The notes under the pieces were generated by a model, which was not told the DNA's origin, did no database searches, and worked only from the letters and a program-made list of their open reading frames with translations. 59,968 bases of DNA from Thermoprotei archaeon (GTDB lineage: Archaea; Thermoproteota; Thermoprotei; Thermoproteales; B15-G16), in assembly GCA_003649205.1 (NCBI GenBank), contig QMRC01000011.1:1-59968 (forward strand). The letters run 5' to 3'. Position numbers and translations under genes: made by a program. Shown here in pieces: positions 19,622-31,400 of the stretch. Within the stretch, counting starts at the first letter, position 1, and the number at the start of each line of letters is the position of its first letter.

Positions 19622-19858
19622 ACGTATCCTCATACATCGGGAAACCCCAGGATTCATCACCAAGAGAGAGAATAACAAGGTCACTTTACAACCTTAGCTG
19701 AAGAAGTCACCCAAAGAAGGGAAAAACCTAGTAGAGACTATGTAGAGAGTAGCAACAATCAATGTCTTGAGGTAATTGATGAGGTATGTAGGTAAAGGAA
19801 TATTCCGCCACAACACCAACCTCACCTAGCTAGGTACAAATTCGAGTCATTCACTTCC

Positions 19859-21044
19859 ATGTCCTGGAGAGAGACACTACACCTCAAGTCTTCAGAACGA
19901 AATTGGTGGATCCTGGTAGTGAGTACTTCTGTTGCTGCTTATCCCGGTGCCTTACTCACCTTAGCCTACACATTCTACTTCGTTGAAGAGAGTCCGAGTT
20001 ACTTAGTTCTCTCACTTGGTCTAGTTCTACCTACAGCCTTCAGTGCTCTCTCAAAGTTTTGGGGGGTTCCTAGCTGATTACTACAGCATTAGAAAGAAGT
20101 TCATTCTGGTTGGTTGGTTCTCCTCAACCCTAGTACTCCTCGTACCCATACTCCACCTCGAGATCAGTACCATGCTACTAGCTACCATACTCGGCACTGC
20201 ACTGTGGAGCATTGGTGCACCTGCACTAGTAGCTGAGGTCATGAGACGTAGATCACCTGGTTTCAGATTTGGTATCTGGTGGAGCTTAGCTGATGTGATG
20301 TACCTACTAGGCTCACTATCTGCTGGATTTCTCTACAAAGTGCTTGGACTAAGGATAGTCTTGCTACTGTGTCTCCTGTGGTACCTAGTCAATGGTTTCG
20401 TGATTGCAGTATCTTACAGGACTGAGGTAGAGGTTCCCAGATCTAGACCTAGCTCACTGATTACAGAACTACTTGAGGACATGAGGACCAGCTTTCTCAG
20501 GAAGGAATGTGCTTTACTCAATACCTGTACGTTAATTGCTTGGTTCTCAATATGGTCTATCGAGGGTCTAGCTAGAGCTAAGGTACTGGATGTAGTTGGA
20601 AGTGAGGTATTTTACAGCTACCTAACTGCTCTCGCTGTACTAACCGAGCTAGTGCTCGCACCTGTAATTGAGAGAATGATCGATAGGTACAGTCCATGGG
20701 TGGGGGTCACACTTGGTATCTTACTTCACATAGTTAGTGGAGTACTCATAGCACTCTCAAGAAATATCTACGTAATAGCTGTAGCTTGGGTCATACCCTT
20801 TGGTTACATACTCTCCTGCTCTCTATACGTAATGTACAGTAAGTTCATGAAGTACCTAGCAGATGCTGTAGGGACATGCAAGACATTCATGTACGTAGTA
20901 GCTGTACCAGCAACATTTGCAGCATCAATAGCAGACTACATCGGGAGAGACTACGCAGTACTTTCACTAACGTTAGTAGCAGCTCTATCCTGTGTACCTC
21001 TGTACCTCCTCAAGAGAATTGGAGAGACAAGAGAAATCACGTAA
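19859..21044 (+). pseudogene. MFS transporter split by a +1 frameshift in a G6 run
   Basis: ORFs 19859-20077 and 20043-21044 join as ...SKFWGFLADYYSIRK (MFS motif A) if G6 at 20061-20066 is read as G5. Confidence 0.75.
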
Positions 21045-21054
21045 TTACTTCAAG

Positions 21055-21315
21055 CTAAGACTTGCACACTTCCACCGAGTACACAATTTCCTTCACCCTA
21101 CCATTCTCAACCACGAACCTAATCCTACCACACCTCTCAAGAACACTAATCAACTCCCTACACAACTCAACCAATCTAACACAATCCTCAACACTCCTCC
21201 TAGAACCACAACCAAACCTACTAACTTCACCCCTACTCGACAGCACTCTAGACAGGACACAAGCCAGTTCACGAATAGCTCTATCCCTCAACTCACAGTA
21301 CGTAAGCTCAACCAT
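21055..21315 (-). CDS. small hypothetical protein coupled to the nucleotidyltransferase
   Basis: 86 aa, overlaps the stop of the upstream NTase gene. Confidence 0.5.
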   Translation of the reverse strand: MVELTYCELRDRAIRELACVLSRVLSSRGEVSRFGCGSRRSVEDCVRLVELCRELISVLERCGRIRFVVENGRVKEIVYSVEVCKS

Positions 21316-21946
21316 ACCCTAAAACCCTCAAAGCCTCAAACAACTTATCCTCAACACCCTCAACCCTACACCTCTCGACGAGGTACTCCCTATCAATTCT
21401 ATCCCAGTAAACACCAAGCAAAATCAATACCTTATCCCTATCCCCAAGAGACCTCCAGTACTTCCAAGCACATAGGTAAGTCACAATAAGTTCTTCAGGG
21501 GGCTCAATGTAGACACGATAATCATCAACACGCAGAGCAATGGGATCTCTAGGCTTTCGATAGCTAGAACCAACCACATCAATACCCTTCCGAGCCAATG
21601 CACTTAGACGAAGAACAAACACCCTACCAGATCTCGCATGTGAAAGCAACTCCAGGAACCTCTTAACTACATCGATACCAGGACCCTCAACCACGATATC
21701 GACATCAAGAGTCCTATAGGTAGACTGAGTAAGAACCTCAACAGCAAAACCACCAACAATAACGATCCTACCCAACCCCCTACCCTCTAACTCACTTGAA
21801 AGCCAAGCAATGAAGTAGAGAAAGCGATCAGTATCACTAGGAATACGCTCAAGAACAGGAACCACTTCAGACGAGAACTTAGAGACCAAGCACCTAGCTA
21901 GCTCCACCTCACCCACAGACACAACACCAGAGAGCAAGAACCACAC
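21308..21946 (-). CDS. DNA pol-beta superfamily nucleotidyltransferase (DUF6036/AbiEii-like)
   Basis: IVGGFAV, RTLDVDIVV, PEELIV. Confidence 0.75.
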   Translation of the reverse strand: MWFLLSGVVSVGEVELARCLVSKFSSEVVPVLERIPSDTDRFLYFIAWLSSELEGRGLGRIVIVGGFAVEVLTQSTYRTLDVDIVVEGPGIDVVKRFLELLSHARSGRVFVLRLSALARKGIDVVGSSYRKPRDPIALRVDDYRVYIEPPEELIVTYLCAWKYWRSLGDRDKVLILLGVYWDRIDREYLVERCRVEGVEDKLFEALRVLGYG

Positions 21947-21980
21947 TCAAGTACATATACCTTGAGGTACCTACAAAAAA

Positions 21981-22706
21981 CTACCTCTTCCAGCAGTGAA
22001 ACACCCTAACAGGAGCATCAGGAAAAGACACAGTCTCCACCTCAAGACCAAGCTCCCTCAACGTCTTATAAACCCTATCAACAACACGAGGACTCCTACC
22101 ACCAAACACAGACATCGTACCACCCCTCCTCAAGAGAGAAACCAACTTCTCAAGAAAATCAGGAGTGTAGAGATACCACGACTTCTCAGGATTAACACCA
22201 CCATCATGAATAATGTGATCAAACCTAAAACCAGCCCTCAAGAGTACAGGAACAACATCTCTAGCATCACCTAGAACAACCTTAACCACAGGACTCCAGA
22301 GAGCACACTGAAAGTAGGGAATAGGATTATCGTAGAGAGCAATGGCAAGCACCTCAGCACACACATCAACAGTAACGTAGAGAGAAACCTCACGACAAGA
22401 CAAAACACAGTAACAAGTCCTACCAACACCAGTACCAACCTCGAAAACCCTACCAAACCTCCTCACAACCTCAGGCCAAGCAACAACACAACCACAGACA
22501 ACAATCCTACCAAAATCCCAATCAAGGCCACGATCCCTATCACCAACACCACCAGTAACCTCCTCAACAAACCTCAACCTCTCAAACCAACCCCACCTAG
22601 AAACAACACCACAGTAAACCTCCCAACAATACCCCCTAACCAAACGATCAACATCATCAACCAAACCACGCAACAACAACGACCTAATTCTATCCCATAA
22701 ATGCAC
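21981..22706 (-). CDS. class I SAM-dependent methyltransferase
   Basis: VFEVGTGVG, TVDV, VLGDA, FDHIIHD, LRRGG. Confidence 0.8.
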   Translation of the reverse strand: MHLWDRIRSLLLRGLVDDVDRLVRGYCWEVYCGVVSRWGWFERLRFVEEVTGGVGDRDRGLDWDFGRIVVCGCVVAWPEVVRRFGRVFEVGTGVGRTCYCVLSCREVSLYVTVDVCAEVLAIALYDNPIPYFQCALWSPVVKVVLGDARDVVPVLLRAGFRFDHIIHDGGVNPEKSWYLYTPDFLEKLVSLLRRGGTMSVFGGRSPRVVDRVYKTLRELGLEVETVSFPDAPVRVFHCWKR

Positions 22707-22761
22707 AAGAGACCCCCAGAAAAAGACAAGTGAGAAAAAGAGGTATGTACGTAACGCCACA

Positions 22762-23480
22762 TCAGAGACCAAGTACAAACAGAGCAATTAAACCCTGAAC
22801 AAGACCAATAACACCACCAAGCAAGAGACCGGAAAACTCAATAAACCTAAGCTCCTTACCAGCAACCCTTCACATCAAAGCCTCTACATCCCTAGACGAC
22901 AAACACTCAACCTTCTCACGAACGAGAGAATCCAAGTCAATAGAGGAAGCAACACACCTAGCAACCTCACGAAAGTCAATACACCTCACAACCTCATCAA
23001 CGACATCATCCAAAACCCTAGATAGAGCACCACGAATAGCATCAACAATAGAATCCTCAAGAGACTTAGCAAAAGCCCTAATAGGAGTATCTAGAGCAGG
23101 AAACAACGAAGCTACAGACGAAGTAAGGACATCACGAGTAGACGAGTAGATACTGTGAGCAAGAGAACCACGAAACCTCCTCTCAACAGCATCGAGAACA
23201 GCACGCTTAAGATACTCCCTACCAACACCACGAGAGAGAACACCAGCAAAAGCCTCCCTAAGCAACCTCTCAACATCCTCAACAGAAACGTAATCCCTAA
23301 CAGCACCCAAAACCCTCTCAGCAACCTCCCTCCTACGAGCAGGAATAAGACCCTGAAACCTAAACCAACCAAAACCAATAGGCCTCTCAGGATAAAACAA
23401 CAACTTAACAGCAACAACATTAGTAACATAACCAATAACAGCACCAACCAAAGCATAGACCAACACAAGAAACCAACCAC
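22762..23480 (-). pseudogene. DUF445-family membrane protein with in-frame TGA
   Basis: N-terminal GAVIGYVTNVVAVKLLFYP...QGLIP; after TGA at 22870-22872 the frame continues RVAGKELRFIEFSGLLLGGVIGLVQ (family C-terminal motif) to a stop at 22762; start approximate. Confidence 0.75.
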
Positions 23481-23652
23481 CCAACACCACAGAAAACACC
23501 CCACAAACAAGAAACAAAATCAATAATAAGAAACACGATAGAGAACACAGGTGAGCACGTGAATAGAGCAATACGGCGAAACAGAAAACTGAGAGTAATC
23601 ATCAAGGAAGTACCGAGAGTATTAAGGTGGAGAAGAATGAGGTTGAAAATAC

Positions 23653-24012
23653 ATGGGACTTAGAGTACCAGTAACCATAAGGTACAGGGAAAAGAGCGTA
23701 CAAACACAAGCACTACTCAATACAGGATTCGAAACAGACGAACCAGTAATAGTCATACCACTCACAGTAGCAATAGAGCTAGGACTGAAACCAAGAGAGA
23801 AGAGAATGTACTACGGACCAGGAGCACTAATAGGAGAAGCATACCTCTCAAACAAAGTCACAATAGAAGTAGCTAGAGAAAACGAAGTAAGAACAGTACA
23901 GGCATATGCACTAATAGACCCACACGAAGTAGAGGTAGTACTATCCGACAAAACCATAGCAGAACTAGGCATAGTAATCGACCTAAGAAGAAACACATGG
24001 TGGTTCACATAG
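23653..24012 (+). CDS. retropepsin-like (clan AA) protein, Asn in place of catalytic Asp
   Basis: ALLNTGF, IPLTVAIELG, EVVLSDKTIAELGIVID. Confidence 0.7.
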   Translation: MGLRVPVTIRYREKSVQTQALLNTGFETDEPVIVIPLTVAIELGLKPREKRMYYGPGALIGEAYLSNKVTIEVARENEVRTVQAYALIDPHEVEVVLSDKTIAELGIVIDLRRNTWWFT

Positions 24013-24094
24013 AACACAAGTACACACAACAGAAAACAAACCATACACAACCCATTTAACCAACAACCAAACCAAGAAAGAACAGGGAGAACCA

Positions 24095-24523
24095 GTGAGT
24101 GAAGGAATAGGGTGGAAACTAATTGAAGAACTACAACGAGACCCCAAACTAAGGAAAGCATTAGCAGAAACCCTCACATACGAAATACCTGAGATCCTAC
24201 TCAAAGACAAAAGAGTTAGACTAACCATCGTGAGATCACTAATACGAGAAGTAGCAACCAAAGAAGACATAGAGAAGACTAGAGAACACGTTGAAAGAGT
24301 TAGACAAGAACTAAGACAAGAAATAGCAAGAGTAAGGCAAGAACTAGCACAGAAAATAGAAGCATTAGAAAAAGAATTCAGAAGTAAATTCGAAGACCTA
24401 AGCAATAGAGTAGCTAGACTAGAGGGACAAGTAGCACTCCTCATCAAGGTATTCATTGCATTCAACGTACCAATACTAATTGGAATCATCGGGATACTAC
24501 TTAAGATGATACTAGCACCCTAA
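24095..24523 (+). CDS. coiled-coil protein with C-terminal TM (paralog family, copy 1)
   Basis: VATKEDIE motif, heptad repeats, hydrophobic C-terminus. Confidence 0.75.
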   Translation: MSEGIGWKLIEELQRDPKLRKALAETLTYEIPEILLKDKRVRLTIVRSLIREVATKEDIEKTREHVERVRQELRQEIARVRQELAQKIEALEKEFRSKFEDLSNRVARLEGQVALLIKVFIAFNVPILIGIIGILLKMILAP

Positions 24524-24546
24524 GAAGTAGACACCACACCCACTAC

Positions 24547-24963
24547 TCACTCCATCCAGTACATAGGCTCAACACTCAACCTCTGCTTCTCCTCATCAAC
24601 AAACTTCCAAACCCCCTGTCTCGGCTTGACAATCTGTATATTGAGAGCTTCAATTAGCGAATCACTAAGCAAAACCTCATACTCACCCGGCACCATAACC
24701 GCCCTCGCCCTAACCCAATCCGTCACCCTATCCCCAGCCTCCACACGAACCTGAACATAACCCAGTACGTACGTAGTGACCTCCGTACCGACCACACTAT
24801 AGCGTTCACTCCTAAGACCCTCAAGCGAAAAACCCAACCTCCTAGCTAGAGCTAATGGTATGTGAATCTCAGGCTCTGAAGTCTCATAACCACTATTAAG
24901 CAACGCCGCGGTCACCACATACCTATCTCTGTACTTAATACCTACCCTCACACGAACCCCCAT
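24547..24963 (-). CDS. retropepsin-like (clan AA) protein, Asn variant
   Basis: ALLNSGY, IPLALARRLG, EVLLSDSLIEALNIQIV. Confidence 0.7.
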   Translation of the reverse strand: MGVRVRVGIKYRDRYVVTAALLNSGYETSEPEIHIPLALARRLGFSLEGLRSERYSVVGTEVTTYVLGYVQVRVEAGDRVTDWVRARAVMVPGEYEVLLSDSLIEALNIQIVKPRQGVWKFVDEEKQRLSVEPMYWME

Positions 24964-24976
24964 GAACAACCCTCCT

Positions 24977-25046
24977 AAACTTCCCAAATCTCTTACCAAG
25001 CCTCAATCTAACTAGGTACATAGGTACAAACTTCCCAAATCTCTTA
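24977..25046. repeat. 19-bp direct repeat AAACTTCCCAAATCTCTTA
   Basis: copies at 24977-24995 and 25028-25046, with tandem TAGGTACA between. Confidence 0.75.
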
Positions 25047-25189
25047 GTAGCACTCACCACCACCCACCACACCTAGTTACGCCACAACCATGAATATACC
25101 TTACGCCAACACATAAACACTCAAGAAAAACAGAGAACATACACAACCCATTTTAATCAACACACAGCACAGACAACCAGGGAACAACA

Positions 25190-25672
25190 GTGAACGAAGA
25201 AATCGGATGGAAACTACTCAAAGAACTACAACAAAACCCAAAACTAAGAAGAGAATTCGCAGAAATATTCACACACGAAATACCAGCAATACTACTCCAA
25301 GACAAGAGAGTAAGAGTAGCAATACTAAGAGCAATAGTGAGAGAAGCAGCAACCAAAGAAGACATAGAAAAAGTTGGAGAAACCATAGAGAAAACTAGGG
25401 AACACGTTGAAAAAGTTAGACAAGAACTAAAACAAGAAATATTGAGAGTTAGACAAGAGCTAAGTCAAGAAATATCGAAAATCAGACAAGAACTAGTAAA
25501 AGAGATAAAAGCACTAGACGAAAAATACACACATAGAATCGAGGAGCTAAATCAAAGAGTAGCCAAATTAGAAGGACAATTCAGCCTCTTCGTAAAGCTC
25601 TTCATAGCATTCAACGTACCACTACTCACAGCAGTCATAGGAATCCTACTCAAAATGATATTCATGCCTTAG
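25190..25672 (+). CDS. coiled-coil protein with C-terminal TM (paralog family, copy 2)
   Basis: clearly paralogous to 24095-24523 (IGWKL..ELQ..PKLR, ATKEDIE, FIAFNVP); upstream CATACACAACCCATTT also duplicated. Confidence 0.8.
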   Translation: MNEEIGWKLLKELQQNPKLRREFAEIFTHEIPAILLQDKRVRVAILRAIVREAATKEDIEKVGETIEKTREHVEKVRQELKQEILRVRQELSQEISKIRQELVKEIKALDEKYTHRIEELNQRVAKLEGQFSLFVKLFIAFNVPLLTAVIGILLKMIFMP

Positions 25673-25738
25673 CAATCAGCAAAGGAAAACGAAAATTTAT
25701 AGCTTAAATGCAAGAATTGGAAGATAGGTAGATCCACT

Positions 25739-25939
25739 ATGAGTGAAGAGATACTGAAGATAAAGGGATGTCTAGTAAATAAAGAGAAATTTGTAGTAAT
25801 CGAAGTTAATTCAGAAAATGACCTCATAAAGCTAGCAAAGAAACTAAATGTACCAATCATAGAATGCGACAAAGAAAACTACACAGCAGTAGTAGATACG
25901 AGAGGAATAATCTATATACACAAGAAAGGCAGCAAGTAG
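25739..25939 (+). CDS. small hypothetical protein
   Basis: 66 aa, natural composition. Confidence 0.5.
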   Translation: MSEEILKIKGCLVNKEKFVVIEVNSENDLIKLAKKLNVPIIECDKENYTAVVDTRGIIYIHKKGSK

Positions 25940-25955
25940 CCTAAGTTCTAAAGAA

Positions 25956-26255
25956 ATGCCATGCAGAAGAAATAGAATTCACGAAAAAGTAATAAGGGTA
26001 ACCTATGCAGAAAGAAATGTCAATGCCTATGCACTAGTGATAGTACGTTATAAACGCAAATTCCTCAGAGAGGAAGTACTGAGTATAGACATACACTACC
26101 ACCTCGAAGAGTGCCCTCCCGAAATAAGAAATCAAGTATTTACCTACCTATCCACAGAAGTCAATAAGCAACTCAACAGAATGTACGGTAAACGAAAGAT
26201 CAAGATAGAACCACACATCCACATACACATTCCCACAACACCCACATTAACCTAA
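25956..26255 (+). CDS. small hypothetical protein
   Basis: 99 aa. Confidence 0.5.
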   Translation: MPCRRNRIHEKVIRVTYAERNVNAYALVIVRYKRKFLREEVLSIDIHYHLEECPPEIRNQVFTYLSTEVNKQLNRMYGKRKIKIEPHIHIHIPTTPTLT

Positions 26256-26282
26256 TTCCCTACACAAACAGCATCAGCAACA

Positions 26283-26606
26283 TCACCTACCCAACACCTC
26301 ATCAACCCACTCAAGGTACCTACCGAAACCAGCAACAACAGGAACAGCAATAACCTCAGGAACCTCATAACCATGAACACTCCTAATAGCTTCAATCAAC
26401 TCACGAACCCTATCCAACCTAGTCTTAATAACGAGAAGAACCTCACTAGCCACCTCAACCCCACCACCCCACCAAAACAACGAACGAACACCAGAAACAA
26501 CAGAGACACAAGCAGCCAGCTTACGTTCAAGGACATACCTAGCAACTCTCTCACCCTCCTCAACAGAACCACAAGTCACAAAAACAACAACCCAAACACC
26601 ACGCAC
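26283..26606 (-). CDS. cutA: divalent-cation tolerance protein CutA
   Basis: VFVTCGS, KLAACVS, SLFWW, EVLLVIKT, HGYEVPEVI, YLEW. Confidence 0.9.
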   Translation of the reverse strand: MRGVWVVVFVTCGSVEEGERVARYVLERKLAACVSVVSGVRSLFWWGGGVEVASEVLLVIKTRLDRVRELIEAIRSVHGYEVPEVIAVPVVAGFGRYLEWVDEVLGR

Positions 26607-27034
26607 ACAAACCACCGAAAGAAAACAAGACACAAAGCACAAAAACATAACCCACAAATAGAGAACGACCAATGATGAAGCGGTGGGCTTACGAGACCAC
26701 AAGATGACAAACACTGGGAGGACTGAGGGAGCCACCACAACGCAAGACACAAGAGACTCAGTAAGTTCATACCCAGGTACCTAGTTAGGTCGAGACTAGG
26801 CAAGAGATCCGGGGAAGATCGGGAGGGTAACCCATAGGAGTACGCATAAAGACGAGTATCAAGTACAGGGATAAGTACATAACAACAGCACTCCTCAACA
26901 GCAACTGCGAAACACCTGAATCCAAAACACATACACTCGCTAGCCACCAGGCCTACCACTCGAAGAAGAACCCAAGAGCGAACGATACAGCGTCGTCAGA
27001 ACAGAAATCACCACACATACCAAAGTCGAAGTCC

Positions 27035-27166
27035 GAAGTACTACTCAGCGAATCCCTAATCGAAGCACTTAACATACAGATCATCAGACCAAAACAAGGA
27101 ATGAGTATGGAAATTCACAAACAAAGGAAAAGCACAGAACAAGCAAAAACCCAACGTACTGGTAGA
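27035..27166 (+). pseudogene. remnant third copy of the retropepsin-like gene
   Basis: EVLLSESLIEALNIQIIRPKQG then frameshifted VWKF; near-identical to the C-terminus of 24547-24963. Confidence 0.7.
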
Positions 27167-27330
27167 TAGGCGTCACTAGGCACTCTACGCACTTAGTAAT
27201 GCACCTGGCTTAACAAGTACGTTAGCCATAGGGTTAGGATGCCTGATAAGTTAGTTTATGGTACCGATATCCCTCATACTATCTAGTGAAAAGAGCAATA
27301 ACCATAGTAAGTTTCGGAATACTACGTACG

Positions 27331-28482
27331 TTAGTGTCGCGCTACTGCAAATGCTGTACCAAAACCTATCTCCTTACCTCTCTCACCCAAATTTACTAGA
27401 CTTTCTACCTCAATTTCCTTACTAGACTCTGCATACACCACTGATCCAGGACACAATAGTGCATAGACAGGTTTCCTCACGTTTCTAGATAATGAGTACC
27501 CAATAGTTTGCACAGCTATCCTACCAATAACTGTTATCCTCCTTAAATCAGCACCTATCAATTTACTCAGCTCCTTTCTGATAATAGCAATTATGTTGAA
27601 GTTTGGCCTTGCACTGTACAACGCCGGTGAGAGTACATAGATAGCTACCTTCTTTCCACGAATTCTGTCACCACAAAGCTCTCTTACCCTAGCTCTAAGC
27701 TTAGTAGCAGCATCTCCCTCATAAACGTTCATTAATGTGATACGTCTATCTCCACCAAGTCCGACAGCTACACCATTACCAGTGAGCTTTCTTAACACTT
27801 CAACGAATTTACCAGTCAAATCCTCTACATCTATGCAGAATGCAAGTTCCTCAACATGAACAGGAGTTATCTCCTCACCATGTACCTTAAGCAGTGCTGC
27901 ATGTTCAACATACTCGGCGGTATAAATCATGCCATATTCAACCCTTCTCTCAATGTCTACTAGTTTGATGCCCGTCATAGGGTATTTCTTAGCAATGTAC
28001 AGTGTAATTTCTTTGCTCAACTCACGTAACCTTTTAACTACTGCAAAGATTGTTTCCTCAGCAAGTGCTTGCCTAAGAGCACTAATTACTTCATCAATGT
28101 ATGCTAAGGAGTCATTCAGGTCACTTACCGAGTAGGGTATCAATACTGATTCTCCAACAGCCCCTTCAGCCTCTCCTCTGCTAATCTTAGCAAGCACATA
28201 TGGTCCATAGAACCTCACTTTCTCCTTCTCGACACCTTCAGCAACTTTACTAATGCAATCAAAGTATTCATCGACCCAGTTGACCGTAATTGGCTTATAA
28301 CTTAGTGACTTACTTTCAAGGAATGTTGTAACGATAGCCCCAATAATGGTTGTTGGAAGTGGTATAAGCATTGATTTTGCTCTAACCTGAGGACCAGTAG
28401 CCGCTGGCGAAAATGGCTGTGGACCTCTGAAGAGTAGTGGTTCAACGTAGCTAAACCCTACTCGAGCATACACAGCTGTCAT
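27331..28482 (-). CDS. cmr3: type III-B Cmr3 (Cas5 group)
   Basis: EPLLFRGP..F, PLPTTIIGA, GPY, TGIKL, LGGDRR, PGSV, GFG. Confidence 0.9.
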   Translation of the reverse strand: MTAVYARVGFSYVEPLLFRGPQPFSPAATGPQVRAKSMLIPLPTTIIGAIVTTFLESKSLSYKPITVNWVDEYFDCISKVAEGVEKEKVRFYGPYVLAKISRGEAEGAVGESVLIPYSVSDLNDSLAYIDEVISALRQALAEETIFAVVKRLRELSKEITLYIAKKYPMTGIKLVDIERRVEYGMIYTAEYVEHAALLKVHGEEITPVHVEELAFCIDVEDLTGKFVEVLRKLTGNGVAVGLGGDRRITLMNVYEGDAATKLRARVRELCGDRIRGKKVAIYVLSPALYSARPNFNIIAIIRKELSKLIGADLRRITVIGRIAVQTIGYSLSRNVRKPVYALLCPGSVVYAESSKEIEVESLVNLGERGKEIGFGTAFAVARH

Positions 28483-28486
28483 ATAG

Positions 28487-31400
28487 CTAGCTCACCTCAG
28501 CACTCATGGTAGATGTAACAGCAAGACATAGGTTAAATAAACCATCGGTCAAGCACTTTGCAGTACCAAGTACTTGTTGTGCTCTAGCACTTAACTCAAC
28601 AATCACTTTTGCAGCATATGCTAACTTATTGGTTACAAGATCCCTAAATGCTTCAGGTCCTCTTACTTCGATAAGATTGCTTAGGAACTTAATTGCTAAG
28701 TCTCTATCCTGAATCATGATCTCCATAATCGGTGTAGCAGTAGTTCTCTCTACGAACCTCTCTAAGCTTTCGTACTTCTCCAATATCCTGTAGAACGTTC
28801 TTCGTGACAATGTTTGCTCAAGAAGCGTGAACTTAACCAACTCATTAGCGTACCTAGTGAGTGCTGTTATATGCTCCAACGAAGGTTCCTTCTCCGGGTT
28901 ATTGGGTAGTATAGCTACTCTCAATCTACCCCTAGAGCTATAAGCTACAATCGTTACATCCTTCTCGTACATTGCTCTTGCCTCTCCTATCATGGTAGTA
29001 GCCTTTATACCATCCTTAGTTTCAAGCAGTGTTACAACATCCTCTATGGCAGCATATAATGGGTACATATAATGCGTATAGTACGCACAATAGCTTCTAC
29101 CAGCCAGCCCAAGAGCTGGAGCAATCGGCACATATGGTCTTTCGCCAACAACTATACAGTGGAAGAATGGTACCTTGTCTCTCTTCTCAATGCCGACATT
29201 GAACCCATCTTCAGGTACTTCCAGCATATAGCCTCGAATTGTGAATTTTACTGAAGCACCGATGCTATAAGCAGCTCTCGTCTCGTAAATCATATCTAGC
29301 ACATAATCTATCGGTATAGCAGCAAAATAATCATCACCGCCAGCATACACCACAAATCCTCTAAATGGTATACTTACTTCAACACTCCTGTACTTGACAC
29401 GAGTTCCCCGATACGTTGCTATTATATCTACTAGAGATTGCACCATTAATGCCCTACTTACCGACGTATGCCATGCAGGAGCTGTGGGTATTAATCCTTC
29501 TTTAGCTAGCTTGTCAAGGTACTCCTTTACACATCTAACATGTTCTAATAGATCTTCATGTCTTGCAGGTACCTTTACGTCCTCGATCCTTTCCTTCACT
29601 TTTCCTAGCTCTTCAAGTAAAACATTTACCGCATTCTCTAAATCACCCTGTGCCAAGTAATTAACTACTTCGGCCGCTCTACCTTCACATAGAGCTGCTA
29701 AGTACCTTATTAACCATTCACACTTTAATTTCGGATGTAAAGCCTTAGATATATTGCCCTGCAATAGCTTACCCATATAATCCCCATCTGCCTTGACGAG
29801 AGCTAAGTACCTTGTTGGGAATTTCAACCTGTCAATCTTAGTAACATCAACGTAGAAATTGCGTAAGTCACGCAGATGTGGAGTCTTTGGTTCAATGAAG
29901 TCATCATTTATGCTTGAAGCTTTCCACATCCACACTAATGGCAAAGCTAATCTTTTGTCCGCTTTAACTATTTCATCAACATAATACCTTAGCCAAGTAC
30001 CCCTCAATTTACCAACCCACTCATCAAGTCCTTCCACCAGCTTTGGATATCCTACACAGCTTTCGAGCCTACTTACAAGATCCTTAAGCCTCTCCCTACT
30101 CTTCATAGCTTCCCTCACCATCTTAATGTATATGGCTAGGAATTTCAGATTAGCAATGTCAGAAATCGATGGAACTTCAAAGAACTGTTCTCCAACCTCC
30201 CTACCTAGTAAGCGTCCAACTACGTGCTTTGTACCCTCACGTGTCGATAGCAATCTCTTAATTAGACAATATCCACAAAGCCTCTCACCATCGCTAAAAT
30301 ATGGCTCAAGATCAGTTCCTCTGATAGTAACTATTGGTGGCAACTTACCGCACACACTACAGCTCTCACGTAGCAATTCACCAACCGTACTAGCTGATGT
30401 TCCTATTGAAGTGTAAACCTTCTCATACCTATCTGTTAAGTTCGTTCCAGCTGCTGCATCAAGCTTAGTAGACCAATACATCTCCTGCAGCTTGAATATG
30501 AGTGAAAGCAGTAGATGGTATAGCTCAAAGTCTAGTAATACTAGCTCCCTGCCCCTTATGTCCAACTCCTTAAACCAAGGCAGCAGTTCCCTTAGCACCT
30601 TACTTAAGGCTTCAGGCTTTATCTCCTCCTCACCCGCATCAGGTATAATAGATCTAAATTGCCTAACAATCCAACACCTTGTGTACACAGTAAAGCCACG
30701 TTCTCTAAGTGCCTTAAGTGGGCATAACTCTCGCCTTGGACACCTTATGCATGAATCTTCGAATCTTTCAAGCTCAAAATACAGCACAGTTAACCTTAGG
30801 GGTAACGGTGGAGCTATAGTATAGCCGAGTTCATGTACCGTAGTTGTGAACATGTCTTTTAACGAACCTTCAGAGGTCTTCCCCAAAGTCTTCAACAGCG
30901 ATCGCAAGCTACTTTCGAGTCCCTTCAATGCCTCTACACGTGACCTACTTAACTCGTCTAGTGCATTTGCAGCACAATCACATAGAGCACTCCATATCTT
31001 GCTATACATGCTCGGAATCATGAGTAGGTTATGTAATGCATTTTGCTCACTAGGTAGTACAAGAGTAATTGTTGTTGGTACAACAGCATACATCGGGTAG
31101 TTAGCTACTTTGAATTTTCCTGTTAGGTCAGAGTATATGTACCCATACCAAATAGCTAACTCTGGAAGCCAGGATTTGAATCCAGGTAGTTTGCTCAAGA
31201 ACTCGTACACAGTTTCTCCATCTATGTTAGCTGTTAAGAATGTATGTAAGTAGAATGGATTATTTCTCGGACTAGGCATCAGCAGTACATCTGGTCCGTA
31301 CAATAGTACGAAATCCTCAACTAGCTTCCATGAAAGTACCGATGATAGCCAACTCGCAATGTAGAAGTCGCGTAGCTTACGAGAAGCCTGTATGAATTTT

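Noticed and set aside
22870-22872. Selenocysteine or alternative genetic code at the in-frame TGA
   Set aside because: No Cys/redox context, and TGA is a normal stop elsewhere in the window
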